This document shows positions 60,601-64,000 of a stretch of DNA of 64,000 nt, piece after piece. The notes below the pieces were generated by a model, which made no database searches, was not told the DNA's origin, and saw only the letters and a program-made list of their open reading frames with translations. The stretch is taken from assembly GCA_030141605.1 (NCBI GenBank), contig JAQGDQ010002375.1:186001-250000 (forward strand), given 5' to 3'. How positions within the stretch are numbered: position 1 is the stretch's first letter; each line of letters starts with the position of its first letter. Source of the stretch: Tubiluchus corallicola. Its lineage: Eukaryota > Animalia > Priapulida. The position numbers and the translations under genes are program-made.

Positions 60601-63463
60601 GCATGCATTTTTTCATACATACTTTAATTGAGCGAGCAGTATCTTATAAAAAGGGCCCTGAACATAAAATTTCATGTTAACTTAATGATAAATGATTAAT
60701 TAGGAGGCCGTTGGTCTTCCACAATGTTTCCGTCGGTGAATTATAAATACCCGCTTCATTTTGGTTTGTGATCGATTAAGGGCCGTGAAACGATTATTCC
60801 ACAAAACAAATGCTAGTTACCTTCCTCTAAAACCTGACACTGCAAAGCTACATGTGACTTACTGTGAAATTCTGAACTGTTGCGATGCCAGAAGGAGCAA
60901 AAGCTTTCCATTACATCTGGTTTCACGAAAAAGTTAAAATTAAAGAAAAATGTTTCTAACCTAGTGATGATAGTATCCTTGAATATTGTAGCACAGTTGG
61001 TGAAAAGAACGTTCAGAACTCGATGACTGATCTGCAGCGTTGGGCTTAGTACAATCGATATGTTTTGCAAAGTCATTTTGTTTTCCCGTTCCTGAAAACA
61101 AATCCTTAACATGTATGCAGTTGCAGGGGAACTTAAGAAAAATATGAACATGTAAAAAACTTATGACAAATTACTGTTAAAATTAGACACACTTGAACTG
61201 TGTGTGATGTCCACAGACATCATCAAGAAATTCAGATGTTGTTTTTCTTGCAAGGAAGTCAGCTGACTTAGAAGTAACTGAGCGAAGTCCACTTCATGAT
61301 CTGCTGGCTCAAAAAGAAAATCAGAACGCCTTAGATACAGAAAGTGCTTGTTTTCTAGACCCAAATTAAAAACAAAATGGGCAACTGATACTTTTATAAA
61401 TAAACGTATTTTTAATGTAGATTGCCATTAATATTTTATCTTTTGCTGCTCTTTTCTGGTTTTACTTTCACTGTTTTATACACATTTTAGTACCCAATAA
61501 TTCCACTTTTAGTTTTTATTTGATCTTTTGTAAGTTTATTAGCAGCTGTAATTTAAATTGAAATGTAAAATAACTTGTTTAAATATTGTTCTCAAATTAT
61601 ACTAATAACTTCTTAATTGTAAAGTAGCCGTGGAGAATGGAAACTTTTTTTATAAACTTACTTACTATAAATATTTTGTAAAGCAAGGGATTGACTACAT
61701 TCAAATTTTATGATGAAAACTTAACATGTAAGTCTACCTCAACTCTGTGAACTCTCTGTTCTTGCATCATTATGATAGTAACTCTCCCAATGGTCTCAAT
61801 CAAGTGAAAGTACGGCGATAATTATAATGAGAGTAGCAGTATATTTATTCATTGAGAAAGTGAAATTAGATGTACTTACTCTATCGATCACATGTTTCAT
61901 GTGAACTAGTATCCAAGAAAGTAAAGTAAAGTTGTATTTGTGTAGTTCATGCATAATTTTTATCACAGCATCAACTTTTTTCTCTCCTTCTTTCTTGGCT
62001 GAAATAATAAAGTGATTTATTAAGACAGCAAACACTTTTTTCGATAACTGTCAAAGTAAATAAAAATGTACAACATTGAACATTAAGAGCAACTGAATGA
62101 AGCAAAACAATGCACAACAGCAGAACACTGCAGAAGAAAGCAAAGCAGAGAGGTGGAAAACACAGTACAGTTAGGTAGAACACAAAGAGCACAAAGGTCA
62201 CTGTAATGTTACATATGCAGAAACCTGATTACAACCACAAGAGAAGCAAACAGGAGTAAACAGAACAGAACAGAACAGAACAGGATAGAACAGAACACGA
62301 CAAAACAGAATTGTTCTGGACAGGACAAAGTAGAAAAGAATAAAAATGAGCACAGCAGAATAAAACAGAGTAAAGCAGAGCAAAGAAAAAAGAGTAGAAC
62401 AGTGCAGAGAATCTGTCTCATAGAGTAAAAAAAGCAAGACTACTTGTATCGTGAAGTTGCTGATAATAATGAAATGCATTTTAAGTTAAAAAACATCTGC
62501 CTGTTATTTTCTATTTACAATACAATAGCAGCTACTAACAGTATACTACGCAAACAATTACAGGATGTGCACAATAAATTTACACACAATTAATACTTGC
62601 ATTAAAGATAATTTAAGAACGCATAAAATTTGACATGTTTACTTACTGCATGCATCTTCGAGTTTATTTGTTAAACCCACTGGTATGATTGGATCTGGTA
62701 TCTCGCGCAAATATTGCTTCAGTAAACTAGCAACAGTATTGGGATCATAGTCTGACAATGTCGGCGACAGGCCCTTATTGTAGCATTTCTTCAATGCCTC
62801 TACTTTAGACTTGGTTCCTGGTTGACGATATATTCCTTCACAACTTAGTCCTGTAAAAATGTGAGCGATATTAACAACAAGGTTCACGACCCAGTGGTCT
62901 TGTGGATCTACTTTGCAATAACGGCTTGTGACCAGCCAGATTTGTTAATCATTCTGGGCAGTTATGTTTGCCATACTGATCCTGGCTTTTTACCTCATAA
63001 AAAGTGGAAATATAATACATGCAAACACCTCTGCCAGTTTAGCGAACAACACATTTCTTTACACTTGACAATGCCTCGAGGCCCAAGTTACTTGAATAAG
63101 GTCACGTGAGGTTCAGTTAACCTTTGACCTATAGCAGTTGCACAAGCGAAACCGTGAAAAGGCTTATTCCTCTTTAATCAGTTTTTGTAATATTTCCAGA
63201 AAGGCAGAAAGTAAAAACAGTTTGTCACAGGCTAAAAGTAAACCTTGCCCTACAATTTGTGTCCAAATCATTCTGCTCTGGGATCTTCACAATACCACAA
63301 AATTAAATTGTAATTTAATCTAACTGAGGGTTGGATTTATTCTACTCACCACGTTCCTCTATGTAATCTATACATTCACGAACAATAGCTGGTATGGGCA
63401 CTCCATCATGACACCCTCTCTGCTCAACTGCAACTGCAAGGGGTATGCCAAATACCAGACAAT
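57694..63463 (-). CDS. RALBP1: RalA-binding protein 1 (RhoGAP, Ral-binding domain, coiled coil); 5' end lies outside the window
   Basis: Phase-consistent exons 63463-63350, 62850-62647, 61998-61880, 61091-60961, 60135-59931, 59687-59564, 58888-58125, 57837-57694. RhoGAP motifs VFGIPL, RECIDYIE, EGIYR, NTVASLLKQYLRE, QNISIVLSPTLQISHRVL. Ral-binding motif LLWEIQRIVTQLKRKL. Confidence 0.93.
62080..62420. repeat. Degenerate pentanucleotide (CAGAA)n-type microsatellite in a RALBP1 intron
   Basis: CAGAA CAGAA CAGAA core with decayed 5-nt periodic flanks; accounts for the hydrophobic minus-strand ORFs. Confidence 0.8.
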
Positions 63464-64000
63464 CTGAAAAAAAAACACTCTATAGTAATACTAGTTACTG
63501 ACATTGTTCACAAGGACACTTCTATAAACATCATTTTTCACCTGCAGAAATTGATACATGTTAATGATTTTCCAAATTTCTTGTTTAACACTCTGTTTAC
63601 TTAAAGTCTGTAGAAACGTGTGATTTACGATGCACAACGATGACATCATTCAAATTTAATAATATTATTATTCTATGTGACTTACTGACTTTCTTCCTGA
63701 TTGGTAACATCAAATTAAAGCAGTATTAGGCTAGTTGTCTTACTGAAATTCTGAACTATGTGAATAAAGAAAAAGACATATAGTTTTGTTCCATGTACAG
63801 GTTCACATGAGTGCAGTTTTATCCCTTGTTCATCAAGACTTTCATTTCATTGTAGTCTCCACTCTCTATGGAGTATACAAAGCCAGCAGCTGTATGTTTG
63901 AAACACTCATGGCTCGGCAAGCTAAAAACATCTTTTACTTCCGATCTTTAGTCCATTCCTACACACACAGCCATCAAACTTTTTGTGTGGAAGCAGTGGC

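Noticed and set aside
61971-62479. Hydrophobic membrane-protein-like ORFs
   Set aside because: They derive from the degenerate pentanucleotide repeat in a RALBP1 intron.

Overview
AT-rich eukaryotic genomic DNA, most likely from an invertebrate animal (inferred from gene content, intron sizes and repeat types). Five spliced genes can be reconstructed by hand: STOML1 (+, 12124-18903), ETNPPL/PHYKPL-type class III aminotransferase (-, 20590-31919), YDJC (-, 34301-38960), AGPS (+, 41965-54628) and RALBP1 (-, 57694 to beyond the window end). Introns and intergenic DNA hold many MITEs (hAT-, Kolobok- and Tc1/pogo-like), decayed CR1 and RTE LINE fragments, and microsatellites. The most unusual signal is an orphan Ser/Pro/Arg/Lys-rich reading frame at 39839-40587, between the divergent YDJC and AGPS starts. 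It encodes two copies of VKQTARKSF, which contains histone H3 residues 4-10, and the two copies differ only at synonymous positions. Also notable: AGPS appears to lack the PTS2 presequence and ends in the PTS1 signal SKL; one AGPS intron is GC-AG; there are two long intronic hairpins and several decayed hammerhead-ribozyme-like motifs. All calls come from reading the sequence and recalled family motifs; no searches were run.
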